A stretch of 54,593 nucleotides of DNA. Origin: Candidatus Moraniibacteriota bacterium (GTDB lineage Bacteria > Patescibacteriota > Minisyncoccia > Moranbacterales > UBA11712). Position 1 is the stretch's first letter, and every line of letters starts with the position of its first letter. A program made the translations under genes and the position numbers. Under the pieces are notes generated by a model, which saw only the letters and a list, made by a program, of their open reading frames with translations, had not been told where the DNA came from and did not search any database. The stretch covers positions 1 to 54,593 of the forward strand of contig JAUXSN010000007.1 of NCBI GenBank assembly GCA_030679895.1, in the 5' to 3' direction. This document shows positions 36,962 to 47,412 of the stretch, one piece after another.

Positions 36962-37046
36962 TATGAACTACGAATATACGAATGGCTAATTCCAGAAAAT
37001 TCGTAATTCGTATATTCGTAGAGCGTAGCGTATTCGTAATTCGTAG
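36962..37046. repeat. Heptamer inverted array (TACGAAT x2 / ATTCGTA x5)
   Basis: TACGAAT at 36969 and 36977; ATTCGTA at 36999, 37006, 37014, 37032 and 37039. Confidence 0.88.
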
Positions 37047-37054
37047 AGAAATCC

Positions 37055-38476
37055 ATGAAGAAATCCGAACTTTTTTTTGGAATGCTTCTGGTTCCGGTTG
37101 ATTTCGCGATGATCGCCACGGCCTCCATTTTGGCGTATTGGCTGCGATTCACTCCGAGCATCCTTGAACTCAAGCCGGTGTTATTCGACTTTCCATTTAA
37201 TGAATATTTGAAAGTGGCGCTGTCCACGGCGCCGCTTTTTGTGCTGATATTCGCTTTCGAAGGGCTATATTCCCTGAAAGCCACCCGGACTTTCTGGAGG
37301 GAATTTTTCAAAATTGTCTTTTCCGTAACAGTCGGAATTACCATAATCATTCTTATCATCTTCCTTCAAAGAGAATGGTTTTCTTCCCGTTTTGTGATTC
37401 TGACGGCTTGGCTGATGGCGGTCATACTCATAACTCTGGCGCGTTTTGCCATAAATTTCATTCAAAAACTTCTTCTCGTATACAAAGAAATTGGCGTCCA
37501 TCGGCTCGTTCTCATTGGCGGCGGCGCTTTTTGCGAGACTTCATCCCGGGAATTCAAAGATCATCCGGAACTGGGTTATAAAATAATCGCCCGGGAAAAC
37601 AAAATAGACATTGATTCGCTTCGCTTGATCCACAAAGAAAAGGGAATTGATGAAATCATGGTCTGCGATCCGGAGATAACAATGGCCCAGTTGCGCCAAG
37701 CCAGTGATTTTTGCCAAAGAAATCGCATCGAGTTTAAGTTTATTCCGGCCATACTCCAGTCCATAAGCACGAATTTTGAAATCAAGGTGCTTTTCGACGA
37801 ACCCATTATCGAAATAAAAAACACACCGCTCGACGGCTGGGGAAAAATCACCAAGAGAGCTTTTGACATTATGGGATCGGCCTTTGGCATTGTTATCACT
37901 TCTCCCTTGATGCTCGCCGCGGCCATCGCCATCAAGCTTGATTCCCGCGGACCGATCATATTCAAAAACGAACGGGTCGGCCACGAGGGCAATTTCAATT
38001 TGCTGAAATTCCGTTATATGAAGCTGGAGCTTTGCACAAGCGGCCAAAACCCTGATCTCGAAAAGGCGATCAACCTTGAAAATAATTTAATCAGCCGGCA
38101 AAGTGTCCGAAAAGGTCCCGTGTATAAGATAAAAAATGATCCCCGAAAAACCCGGGTGGGAAAAATTATCGAAGCTTTTTCAATTGACGAGCTTCCGCAA
38201 TTTTTCAATGTCATTAAAGGAGATATGAGCTTAGTCGGTCCCAGGCCGCACCAGCCCAGAGAAGTGGAAAAATATGAAATATGGCAAAAAAGAACTCTTT
38301 CCATTAAGCCCGGGATGACGGGCCTGGCCCAGATTTCCGGCCGATCGGACTTGAGTTTTTCCGACGAAGCCCGCCTGGATATATTTTATATCGAGAAATG
38401 GTCGCTGTGGCTTGATATTGAGATATTGTTCAAGACTTTTTTCGTTCTCCTAAGAAAAAGAAAAAATATTAATTAG
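37055..38476 (+). CDS. Polyprenyl-phosphate glycosylphosphotransferase (WcaJ/WbaP family)
   Basis: KRAFDI, KFRYM, DPRKT, DELPQFFNV.KGDMSLVGPRP, KPGMTGLAQISGR. Confidence 0.95.
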   Translation: MKKSELFFGMLLVPVDFAMIATASILAYWLRFTPSILELKPVLFDFPFNEYLKVALSTAPLFVLIFAFEGLYSLKATRTFWREFFKIVFSVTVGITIIILIIFLQREWFSSRFVILTAWLMAVILITLARFAINFIQKLLLVYKEIGVHRLVLIGGGAFCETSSREFKDHPELGYKIIARENKIDIDSLRLIHKEKGIDEIMVCDPEITMAQLRQASDFCQRNRIEFKFIPAILQSISTNFEIKVLFDEPIIEIKNTPLDGWGKITKRAFDIMGSAFGIVITSPLMLAAAIAIKLDSRGPIIFKNERVGHEGNFNLLKFRYMKLELCTSGQNPDLEKAINLENNLISRQSVRKGPVYKIKNDPRKTRVGKIIEAFSIDELPQFFNVIKGDMSLVGPRPHQPREVEKYEIWQKRTLSIKPGMTGLAQISGRSDLSFSDEARLDIFYIEKWSLWLDIEILFKTFFVLLRKRKNIN

Positions 38477-38484
38477 GCTTCCAG

Positions 38485-39078
38485 ATGCCCGATATAAGTT
38501 CTCAAGAATTTATACGCTTGCTCCCTTATTGGGGATATCCGTTGATGTTTTTGATGATGACTCTTGAGGGGCCAATCGTGACCATAATCGCGGCCTTTCT
38601 GGCTTCGATGGGTTATTTTAATATCTTCCTGGTTTTCGCCTTAAGCGTGACCGGGGATGTAGTCGGCGACATCATTCTATATTTCATCGGATATTTCGGG
38701 GGAGCAAGAATTCTCGCAAAAGCGGAAAAGTTTTTGAAAATTAGCGCAACTGTTGTTGAAAAATTGAAAGCTAAATTTCACCAAAACAGCGGAAGAATAA
38801 TTTTCTATGTCAAATCAACAACCGGTTTGGGATATATCACCTTTATTCTCGCAGGCACGCTGAAAATAAATTTTTCCAAATTTGTCAGGAGCTCCATATT
38901 CGGAGGGCTTGTCTGGAGTTCATTCCTGGTCGTTATGGGTTATTTCTTCGGCTACGCGGCGGAGCGTATCAGCCAGTACATCAAATATGCCGGTGTGATA
39001 ATTTTTGCCGGAGCAGTAGTATTTTTTATCGGACTTTCGCTATATAAAAAACGACAAGGGAAAGAAATATTGGAATAA
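38485..39078 (+). CDS. DedA/VTT-family membrane protein
   Basis: LEGP, GDIILY.IGY.GG, AG...F.KF, W...L...GYFFG. Confidence 0.88.
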   Translation: MPDISSQEFIRLLPYWGYPLMFLMMTLEGPIVTIIAAFLASMGYFNIFLVFALSVTGDVVGDIILYFIGYFGGARILAKAEKFLKISATVVEKLKAKFHQNSGRIIFYVKSTTGLGYITFILAGTLKINFSKFVRSSIFGGLVWSSFLVVMGYFFGYAAERISQYIKYAGVIIFAGAVVFFIGLSLYKKRQGKEILE

Positions 39079-39161
39079 TTTTTTTTCATTCATTTTATAT
39101 ACCAAGGCTGCCGAAGTCTTTTTTTATTGCCAAACTTATCAAAAAAAGCTAGAATTTATGC

Positions 39162-40262
39162 ATGAAAATCGCTTTAGTCCATGATTATCTAGTCCAGTAC
39201 GGCGGCGCCGAAAGAGTGCTCGAATGTTTCATGGAAATTTGGCCGTACGCGCCGATTTATACTTTGATTTACGACGAAGGGAAAACCCACGGAATTTTCA
39301 AGAAAAAAAGAATTTACACTTCCTTTCTTCAAAAATTCCCTTATTCACGCTCCAACCACCGCGTTTTTCCGGCTCTTATGCCGCCAGCCATTGAGCAATT
39401 CGATTTTTCAAAATACGACATCGTCCTTTCCGATTCCTCGAGTTTTGCCAAAGGAATCATCACTCCGCCGGAAACGCTCCATATTTGCTATTGCCACACT
39501 CCGATGAGATACGCTTGGGATGATTGCCAGAAATATATCCAGGAATTCGGTTTTCCGAAAATCGTCAAGAAATTTATTCCTTTCATAATGAATTATATCC
39601 GCCTTTGGGATCGGGTAAGCGCCGACCGGGTGGATGAATATATCGCTAATTCCAAATTCGTCGCCGGAAGAATTAAAAAATACTACCAAAAAAAATCGAT
39701 CGTCATCAATCCGCCTGTCGATATCCAAAAATTTTATCTCGACGAAAAAAAAGAAGGCTATTTTCTTATGGTTGGAAGATTGATGGCCTACAAGCGCTTT
39801 GACATAGTTATCGAGGCTTTTAACGCGCTCGGCTGGCCGCTAAAGATCATAGGCCGCGGACCTGACCTTAAGCGGCTTAAGAAGATGGCCAAGCCCAATA
39901 TCGAGTTCTCCGGACGATTGAGCGACGAAGATCTTGCCAGAACCTACGCCCGCGCCAAAGCCTTTATTTTTCCCCAGGAAGAAGATTTTGGAATCGTAGC
40001 GATGGAGGCGATGGCTTCAGGAAAACCGATAATCGCTTTTCGGGGAGGGGATATCGTGGAGCACGTGAGAGAAGGCGAGGAGGGGTTATTTTTCGACAAG
40101 CAAAATTCAAAAGATATAATCGAAGTTCTAAAAAAATTTGATTCTGGCAGTTTTGATCCCGTCCATATCCGCGAGCGTTCCCTCGGATTTGACAGGGAGA
40201 TATTTAAGGGTAGAATGAAAGACTACGCGGAGAATGCGTTAGCAAGACACAAGTCCAAATAA
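39162..40262 (+). CDS. GT4 glycosyltransferase
   Basis: KIALVHDYL..GGAERV, YCHTPMRY.WD, EDFGIV.MEAMASG. Confidence 0.94.
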   Translation: MKIALVHDYLVQYGGAERVLECFMEIWPYAPIYTLIYDEGKTHGIFKKKRIYTSFLQKFPYSRSNHRVFPALMPPAIEQFDFSKYDIVLSDSSSFAKGIITPPETLHICYCHTPMRYAWDDCQKYIQEFGFPKIVKKFIPFIMNYIRLWDRVSADRVDEYIANSKFVAGRIKKYYQKKSIVINPPVDIQKFYLDEKKEGYFLMVGRLMAYKRFDIVIEAFNALGWPLKIIGRGPDLKRLKKMAKPNIEFSGRLSDEDLARTYARAKAFIFPQEEDFGIVAMEAMASGKPIIAFRGGDIVEHVREGEEGLFFDKQNSKDIIEVLKKFDSGSFDPVHIRERSLGFDREIFKGRMKDYAENALARHKSK

Positions 40263-40283
40263 TTAATTCCCGCATATAAAATT

Positions 40284-40898
40284 ATGGAACTCAAGGAATA
40301 CTGCGAAATTCTCAAAAAAAATATTTCGGTCGTAATTTACGCGGCTGTCATCACGGTTATAGCGGTTTACGCCTGGTCAGTCAAACAATCGGAAACTTAT
40401 TCGACTTCTCTTCTCCTTAATATTGGCCGGATAGAAACCCAGTCAACGGCTGACTATCGCTTTGATCAGTTTTATCGAATTCAGGCTGACGACAAATTCT
40501 CTGATACCGTTTCGGAGTGGCTGAAGATGCCCGGCGTCGTCCAGGAAATATCCGGCAAAGCCGGCCTCAAATCCGATGGAAAATCTCTGCGCCAGTTAGC
40601 TAAGACTTTTAACGCCGATAAAATGTCTTCGCAAATAATCGAAGTTCGCTTTTCACCCGCGAGTCCGGAAGAGGCGGAAAAAATATCGGGCGCTATAGCC
40701 TCCGTCATTTCCGAAAAAACAAAAGCTCTCAACGCCGACGCGCGCGACCCGAACTGGTTCAAAGCGGATCCTTCAAATTTAATAACCGCCAAAAACGTAC
40801 AAGATTTGCGCATAAACTTATCTGTTGCCGCGCTGGTCGGTTTGGTATTTGGAATATTTTTTGCTTTCGTAAAACATTATATATCAGAGGAAAAATAA
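40284..40898 (+). CDS. Wzz/CapA-like polysaccharide chain-length determinant
   Basis: MELKEY..IL start and two terminal TM helices flanking an extracytoplasmic domain. Confidence 0.7.
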   Translation: MELKEYCEILKKNISVVIYAAVITVIAVYAWSVKQSETYSTSLLLNIGRIETQSTADYRFDQFYRIQADDKFSDTVSEWLKMPGVVQEISGKAGLKSDGKSLRQLAKTFNADKMSSQIIEVRFSPASPEEAEKISGAIASVISEKTKALNADARDPNWFKADPSNLITAKNVQDLRINLSVAALVGLVFGIFFAFVKHYISEEK

Positions 40899-40928
40899 TC
40901 CTAAGATACCATCTTAGGCAACCAATCA

Positions 40929-42092
40929 ATGCGGATCGGAATTGACGCAAGATGCCTTGAGGAGGAAAAAATATCCGGGGTCGGAGAGTACGCCCTGGAA
41001 CTTTTTAAAAATATTCTCGAAATAGACAGGGAAAATGAATACGTATTTTTTTCTAATTCATTCAAGGGGGGGAATAGCCATTCAGCCTTTCTTGAAAAAT
41101 ATCCGAATATCACGCAAAAGAATTTTCATTTTCCCAACAAACTTCTTAATTTATCCCTTTGGTTTTTCGGCTGGCCGCGGCTGGATAAGCTCATCGGAGG
41201 AGCGGACATTTTTTTCGCTCCTAATATCAATTTCATCGCGATCAGCCGCCGCTGCCGACTTGTTCTCACTTTTCACGATCTGTCTTTTGAAAGATATCCG
41301 GAATTATTTCCCCAAAAAGCAAGGCTTTGGCATTTTTTGATCAACCCCCGGAAAATGGTTCGAGAAGCCGGCAAATTAATCGCCGTTTCAGAGTCAACCG
41401 GGAACGATCTGGAAAGTATATATGGCGCCAGGACGAAAAATATTTCGGCCATTTCAAGCGGTTTAAGCGGAAAATACAGCATTATAGACAGAAATAATCC
41501 GGAACTGCTCGCTGTTCAAAAAAAATACAACCTCCCGTATAAGTTTATCCTGACGCTCGGAACAATAGAACCCCGAAAAAACGCGCTTTCTTTGATAATG
41601 GCATACGAAAATATGCGCGATAATTTCCCGGCGCTCAAAAAATATAAATTAGTTGTCGTCGGCTTCATATCAACTTTCAGCAAAAACGTCCGCGAACATA
41701 TCGAAAAATCTAAATACAAAAATGATATTTTGATAACAGGCTACGCGGACAGTAAAGATAAAGTTTATTTATATAACCTGGCTTCACTTTTCGTGTATCC
41801 TTCTTTTTTTGAGGGATTTGGTTTTCCGCCGCTTGAGGCTATGGCCTCCGGAACACCGGTTATCGCTTCTAACACATCTTCTCTTCCGGAAGTGGCTGGA
41901 AAATCAGCCGTCCTGATTGATCCTACCCGTCCCGACGAAATCGCAGAAGCTATGCGGGCTGTCTTATTGGACGAAAAGTTGTATAATTATTTGAGAGATG
42001 AGGGCCTGAAAAGAGCGCGCGTTTTTAGTTGGAAAAAATGCGCGCAAGATTTGTTGGCGCTTTTTCAATCAACCTTCAAGACTAAGTCTTGA
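40929..42092 (+). CDS. GT4 glycosyltransferase
   Basis: [35 protein letters not shown]. Confidence 0.95.
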   Translation: MRIGIDARCLEEEKISGVGEYALELFKNILEIDRENEYVFFSNSFKGGNSHSAFLEKYPNITQKNFHFPNKLLNLSLWFFGWPRLDKLIGGADIFFAPNINFIAISRRCRLVLTFHDLSFERYPELFPQKARLWHFLINPRKMVREAGKLIAVSESTGNDLESIYGARTKNISAISSGLSGKYSIIDRNNPELLAVQKKYNLPYKFILTLGTIEPRKNALSLIMAYENMRDNFPALKKYKLVVVGFISTFSKNVREHIEKSKYKNDILITGYADSKDKVYLYNLASLFVYPSFFEGFGFPPLEAMASGTPVIASNTSSLPEVAGKSAVLIDPTRPDEIAEAMRAVLLDEKLYNYLRDEGLKRARVFSWKKCAQDLLALFQSTFKTKS

Positions 42093-42113
42093 AAAAATAT
42101 TAATCCATAAATT

Positions 42114-43241
42114 ATGCGAATCGGCATCGACGCCCGTTTTTACGGATCTGTGGGAAAAGGACTCGGGCGATATACCCAGAAGCTGATAGAGAATCTGGAA
42201 AAAATTTCCACCCCGTATGGAAATCGGTATTTTATATTCCTTCGAAAGGAAAATTGGGAAGAGTACCAGCCCCAAAACAATAATTTTACCAAAGTTCTGG
42301 CCGACATTCCCTGGTATAGCGTCAGAGAACAGATAATATTCCCTCGGATATTAAAGAGGCTTAATCTTGACCTGGTCCATTTTCCTCATTTTAACGTTCC
42401 CTATTTTTACTCGGGAAAATTCGTAGTGACTATTCATGACCTTATCCTTTTTCATTTTCCGACTCGCCGGGCTTCAACTCTTTCTCCGCTATTTTACCGC
42501 CTGAAGCTGGCCGCCTATAAAATCGTCATTAAAAACGCCGTCAGGAACGCAAGGGCGATTCTGGCGGTATCCGAACACACCAGAAAAGACATTTTGAAGC
42601 ACTTTAAAACAAATCCCGATAAAGTTTTTGTTACCCATGAAGCTGTTGATCTTTTGCCCGCAATTCCGTCTGATCTGCCTCGCCAGGAAGTTCTCAAAAA
42701 ATATGGTATAATGAAACCGTATATCCTTTATGTGGGAAACGCCTATCCCCATAAGAATTTGGATGTGCTGGCTACGGCCTTTCGAGAGGTGATCAGGAAG
42801 CACCCCTTGTTGAGGTTGGTGCTGGTTGGAAAAGAAGATTATTTTTACCGGCGGCTCAAAAAATTCGTCGGGGACGGAAAAATTAAAAATATTATTTTTG
42901 CCGGTTTTGTGGGTGATAATTATCTGCCGATTGTTTATCAGGAAGCCCAAGCCTATATTTTCCCTTCTCTTTATGAAGGTTTCGGCCTGCCGCCCCTCGA
43001 AGCGATGCGCGAGGGCACGCCGGTAATAAGCTCCGAAAGTTCCTGCCTTCCTGATATCCTGGGAGAAGCCGCTTATTATTTCGATCCGAAAGCGGCCGGC
43101 GAAATCGCCGAAGCGATAGAAAAAGCGCTTATTGACAAGGAGTTGAGGGAAAAATTAATTTCAGCCGGCAGAAGGCAAATAAAAAAATATAACTGGGAAA
43201 AGATGGCCAGGGAAACACTGAAAGTTTATGAAACTGCGTAA
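42114..43241 (+). CDS. GT4 glycosyltransferase
   Basis: [30 protein letters not shown]. Confidence 0.95.
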   Translation: MRIGIDARFYGSVGKGLGRYTQKLIENLEKISTPYGNRYFIFLRKENWEEYQPQNNNFTKVLADIPWYSVREQIIFPRILKRLNLDLVHFPHFNVPYFYSGKFVVTIHDLILFHFPTRRASTLSPLFYRLKLAAYKIVIKNAVRNARAILAVSEHTRKDILKHFKTNPDKVFVTHEAVDLLPAIPSDLPRQEVLKKYGIMKPYILYVGNAYPHKNLDVLATAFREVIRKHPLLRLVLVGKEDYFYRRLKKFVGDGKIKNIIFAGFVGDNYLPIVYQEAQAYIFPSLYEGFGLPPLEAMREGTPVISSESSCLPDILGEAAYYFDPKAAGEIAEAIEKALIDKELREKLISAGRRQIKKYNWEKMARETLKVYETA

Positions 43242-43248
43242 ATAAGAT

Positions 43249-45750
43249 ATGTCAAAACGAAAACAAATCCTAAAACAAATGTTTGACGTGCGGCCGACCC
43301 ATTCGGATGGCTCTTTGGATTTGGAAAAAATACAGCGACTGAAAAAAACTGTCTTTATTTCGGAAAAAATAGTTGCGCAGAAGCCGAAAACATACAAGAA
43401 ATTTTCCGATATAAAGCGGACAACCGAAATATTTTATGAAGAAATATTCGAAGAAGCGCCTGCCCGCGAAAATGACGCGGCAGAAGCCGATTTTGTCCGC
43501 CGACCCAACATAATCCAGCTTGGCCAAATGATGTCTGATGATTTGCTGTCAGTTTCAAAAGTCTCTTCTCCGCCAGTTTTCACTGATTATAAAAATGCTG
43601 CAACAATCGACTCCGACATTGAAAATTCCACGGACGATTTACTTAAAAAATTAAAAGCTGAAAAAAAGAAGATTCGGCACAAAAAAGAAAAGGAGGGATT
43701 GGAAAAATTTGATAAAAATACCGAGCTTAGTTTTTCAAAATTATTTTTTTCAAATTATTTAACAAAAGAAAAACTTAATTACGGATTTTGCTTTGTGTCC
43801 GTTCTGCTCATTTTTTCCCTATTGATTCCCGGCTTTTCTCTGCTGCGGAAGGGGCTGGATGCAAAATCAACTGTTATTGCCCAAAGCCAGGAAGCTCTCG
43901 GCCAATTTGCCCGGGCCAAGGAGAATATATCCAGCGGCCAACTCGATAAGGCGGCCGTTAATTTTGAAGAATCCTACGAATTATTAAATAGCGCCCACCA
44001 GGATATTTCTGAAATTGGCGGAAAATTCAGCGAGATTCTGCGATTTATTCCCGGAATATCCAAAGTGGCCAGCGCGAATTATCTTATGGCAGCCGGAGAA
44101 AACCTCGCCCTCTCCGGAAAATACCTCGCGACATCCGCCAAATCCATAAACCAGATTGAAAATCCGCTGAAAGAAAATAACATTTCAAACCAGCCGCCTT
44201 TGACGGATATTTTCATCGGCCTTCGCGACGGAATAGAAAGCGCCAATAAGGAACTATGCCTTGCTCAAGAAAGCTTAAGCAAGGTTGACCTTGACGATTT
44301 GCCCGAAGAAATAAAGCCTGAATTTATCGATCTTAAGAATAAATTGCCTATTGTCACCTCGAATCTCCAAAATTTTTTGGATTATTCCCGGATTTTTCTG
44401 GATGTATTGGGATATAACGGTCCCCGAAAATTTCTATTCTTATTCCAAAACAACCAGGAAATGCGGGCTACCGGCGGATTTATCGGAAGCTATGGCATTC
44501 TTGATATAACAAACGGCCGGATTAAAAACCTTTTCGTGGATGATATTTATAATCCTGACGGCCAGCTTCAGTCCCGGATCATCCCTCCCGAACCGATCCA
44601 AAAAATGAGCGCTGTCTGGACCATGCACGACGCGAATTGGTTTCCCGATTTTCCGGCTTCGGCGGAAAAAGTCGCTTCTTTTTATGAAAAAACCGGCGGT
44701 CCGACAGTGGACGGAATTATCTCGATAACCCCCAATCTGCTTCAAGATCTTCTCGAAATCACGGGACCTATTGAAATGCCGGAATACGACACAACCGTGG
44801 ACAAATCCAATTTTGTCGAAAAGACCCAAAATGAAGTAGAGGTCGAATATGATAAGGAGCTGAACAAACCCAAAAAATTCATTGCGGACCTCACTCCCAA
44901 AATTCTGGACAAGGTGTTCAGCTCAAGAGACTTGGGCCAGATGGTCAGAATACTTGAAGCGCTCAACAGCTCCCTCAAGGAAAAACACCTGCTCTTATAT
45001 TCAAAAAATTATAACATTCAAAAGCTTATCTCCGGACAAGGCTGGTCGGGGGAAATTCTTAACACCGGCAAAGACTATCTGTCCGTCATCAATACTAACA
45101 TTAACGGCTACAAAACCGACGGCGTGATTGATGAAACCATCAAGCATTCAAGTGAAATCCAGAAAGACGGAAGCATTATTGACACAATGAGCGTAACGCG
45201 CAAGCATAACGGAGGCAACAAAGAACAGGATTGGTGGAATAGAGTGAATTCCGATTATATGAGGGTCTACGTTCCCGAAGGCTCCAGTCTTCTTGAGGCC
45301 AGCGGCCAAACTCGGGAATTCGTTTCGCCGCCGCTTGATTATCGGTCTCTCGGATTTAAAAAAGACCCTCAACTGCAAGCCGAAGAAGATTCGACCGAAG
45401 TGGATGAAAAAACAGGCACCCGTATTTACACGGAAAACCACAAAACCGTTTTTGCCAACTGGACTTATGTCAGTCCCGGCGAGACAATGGTACTGGAATA
45501 TAAATACCGCTTGCCTTTCAAACTTAGCTTCGATGATCTTCACCACCCGGCTGATTCTTTCTCTGTCTTATACCAAAAACAATCCGGAAGCCAGGGGAGC
45601 AAGCTTATGGCCGAAGTCAAGATGCCGGAAAATTACAAAACTATCTGGCATTGGCCGGATGATGCCAAAAATAATTCGGGCAGCCTGAAGATGGAAACCA
45701 TTCTTAATAAGGATAAATTTATCGGTTTGACACTGGAAAAGAATCAATGA
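43249..45750 (+). CDS. DUF4012-domain membrane protein
   Basis: Single TM, helical region, LFQNNQEMRATGGFIGSY, DANWFPDFP, DGII, YMRVYVP, YQKQSG. Confidence 0.88.
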   Translation: MSKRKQILKQMFDVRPTHSDGSLDLEKIQRLKKTVFISEKIVAQKPKTYKKFSDIKRTTEIFYEEIFEEAPARENDAAEADFVRRPNIIQLGQMMSDDLLSVSKVSSPPVFTDYKNAATIDSDIENSTDDLLKKLKAEKKKIRHKKEKEGLEKFDKNTELSFSKLFFSNYLTKEKLNYGFCFVSVLLIFSLLIPGFSLLRKGLDAKSTVIAQSQEALGQFARAKENISSGQLDKAAVNFEESYELLNSAHQDISEIGGKFSEILRFIPGISKVASANYLMAAGENLALSGKYLATSAKSINQIENPLKENNISNQPPLTDIFIGLRDGIESANKELCLAQESLSKVDLDDLPEEIKPEFIDLKNKLPIVTSNLQNFLDYSRIFLDVLGYNGPRKFLFLFQNNQEMRATGGFIGSYGILDITNGRIKNLFVDDIYNPDGQLQSRIIPPEPIQKMSAVWTMHDANWFPDFPASAEKVASFYEKTGGPTVDGIISITPNLLQDLLEITGPIEMPEYDTTVDKSNFVEKTQNEVEVEYDKELNKPKKFIADLTPKILDKVFSSRDLGQMVRILEALNSSLKEKHLLLYSKNYNIQKLISGQGWSGEILNTGKDYLSVINTNINGYKTDGVIDETIKHSSEIQKDGSIIDTMSVTRKHNGGNKEQDWWNRVNSDYMRVYVPEGSSLLEASGQTREFVSPPLDYRSLGFKKDPQLQAEEDSTEVDEKTGTRIYTENHKTVFANWTYVSPGETMVLEYKYRLPFKLSFDDLHHPADSFSVLYQKQSGSQGSKLMAEVKMPENYKTIWHWPDDAKNNSGSLKMETILNKDKFIGLTLEKNQ

Positions 45751-47381
45751 TCAAAAAATTAAGCGAAAAAATAATCAGTTTCAGGCCATCTTCGTCTATA
45801 TCCTCCGCCGCCCTTGTGATCTCCGTGGCGGGGATTTTGAGCCGGGTCTTGGGACTTTTGCGCGACCGTATTTTGGCCTCTCAATTCGGAGCGGGGGATA
45901 CGCTTGATGTTTATTACGCCGCTTTTCGAGTGCCTGATCTCTTGTATAATCTTCTTATTCTTGGAGCTTTGAGCGCCGCTTTCATTCCTGTTTTCACCGG
46001 ACTTATCGCCCGCGAAGAAAAAAAAGAAGCCTGGAAATTAGCCGACGGCCTTCTTAACGCGGCTCTTTTGGCCTTAATGCTTATCAGCGGCTTGATGGTG
46101 ATATTCACTCCGTGGATCATGAAAATTGTCACTCCCGGTTTTTCAGGAGAAAAGATGGCCCAAGTTGTCACCCTGACGCGCATAATGTTTTTGAGCCCCA
46201 TTTTTCTCGGCATAAGCGGTATTTTCGGCGGCATCCTGAATTCATTCAAAAGATTTTTGATTTATTCGCTGGCTCCGATAATGTACAACCTGGGAATCAT
46301 TATCGGAGCCGTTTTTTTCGTGCCCCGTCTAGGAATCATCGGTTTGGCCTGGGGAGTAGTCATGGGGGCCTTGTTGCATATGCTGATTCAATATCCGGCC
46401 GTCAAGATCAGCGGTTTTCGATATCGTTTCATCCTTGATTTCAAAAATCATCATCTTCAAAAAGTCCTTAAACTAATGGTTCCAAGGACTTTGGGACTGG
46501 CCGTAACCCAAGTGAATTTGCTGGTTGTAACCGTGATCGCTTCGACTCTCGCCGCGGGGAGCCTCTCTATTTTCAATTTTGCCAATAATCTGCAAAGCTT
46601 TCCCTTGGGAATTTTTGCCATTCCTTTTGCCTTGGCCGTATTTCCGACTCTCTCTCATTTTTCCGCCAAAGACGACCGGGAAAATTTTATCGCCAGCTTC
46701 TCCCAAACTTTTCGCCAAATTCTCTTTTTCGTCATTCCGGCGAGCGTTCTGATTCTTGTTCTCCGGGCTCAAATCGTGCGAGTGGTTCTGGGATCCGGAA
46801 AATTCGATTGGGAAGACACTATTCTCACCTTCCAGTCTTTGGGAATTTTTGCCGTGAGTCTTTTCGCCCAAAGCCTCGTCCCGCTTTTGGCCCGCTCTTT
46901 TTATGCCCTTCATAACACAAAGATCCCGTTTTATACGGGACTCGTAAGCGAGGCGGTCAATCTTGTTTCCGCTATTGTCTTATCCCGATTTTTCGGAATA
47001 TTGGGACTTGTCTGGGCCTTTTCTCTCGCAAGCGCCGTCAATATGTTTCTTCTTTTGCTTGTCCTGCGGGTGAAACTGAAAAGCCTTGATGATAGTAAAA
47101 TAATTTCAACAACCCTTCGAATATCCATTTCCGCTCTCGCGGCCGGCTTCACGGCTCAAATGACAAAATACGTGATCCAGCCCTATATTAATCTGGACAC
47201 TTTTATGGGCGTTTTCTCGCAATTGGCCTTTTGCGGACTGTCCGGAATTTCAATTTATCTTCTTTTCACCCGTCTCTTCAAATTGGAAGAATTTTATTCG
47301 ATCAAGAATCTTTTTTCATCCAAACTATTCCGCTTCCGGCAAACCATCCCGGAAGACCCAACGGAAGCGAGTGGGATTTAG
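45747..47381 (+). CDS. murJ: Lipid II flippase MurJ (MviN)
   Basis: SRVLGLLRD, AAFRVPD, GALSAAFIP, P.GIF, R.FYA..NTK.P. Confidence 0.95.
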   Translation: MIKKLSEKIISFRPSSSISSAALVISVAGILSRVLGLLRDRILASQFGAGDTLDVYYAAFRVPDLLYNLLILGALSAAFIPVFTGLIAREEKKEAWKLADGLLNAALLALMLISGLMVIFTPWIMKIVTPGFSGEKMAQVVTLTRIMFLSPIFLGISGIFGGILNSFKRFLIYSLAPIMYNLGIIIGAVFFVPRLGIIGLAWGVVMGALLHMLIQYPAVKISGFRYRFILDFKNHHLQKVLKLMVPRTLGLAVTQVNLLVVTVIASTLAAGSLSIFNFANNLQSFPLGIFAIPFALAVFPTLSHFSAKDDRENFIASFSQTFRQILFFVIPASVLILVLRAQIVRVVLGSGKFDWEDTILTFQSLGIFAVSLFAQSLVPLLARSFYALHNTKIPFYTGLVSEAVNLVSAIVLSRFFGILGLVWAFSLASAVNMFLLLLVLRVKLKSLDDSKIISTTLRISISALAAGFTAQMTKYVIQPYINLDTFMGVFSQLAFCGLSGISIYLLFTRLFKLEEFYSIKNLFSSKLFRFRQTIPEDPTEASGI

Positions 47382-47383
47382 AA

Positions 47384-47405
47384 CACTCCAACATTCAATG
47401 TTAGG
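47384..47405. repeat. Dyad repeat family copy 3, just after the murJ stop
   Basis: CACTCCAACATTCAATGTTAGG. Confidence 0.9.
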
Positions 47406-47412
47406 TAAAAAA

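Noticed and set aside
36747-37359. Minus-strand ORFs over rnpB and the heptamer array
   Set aside because: Explained by the RNase P RNA, the repeat and the antisense of the sugar transferase.
37055-47381. Glycan cluster with DUF4012 and murJ as a novel system
   Set aside because: All components are recognisable families in an arrangement that seems ordinary for this kind of genome.
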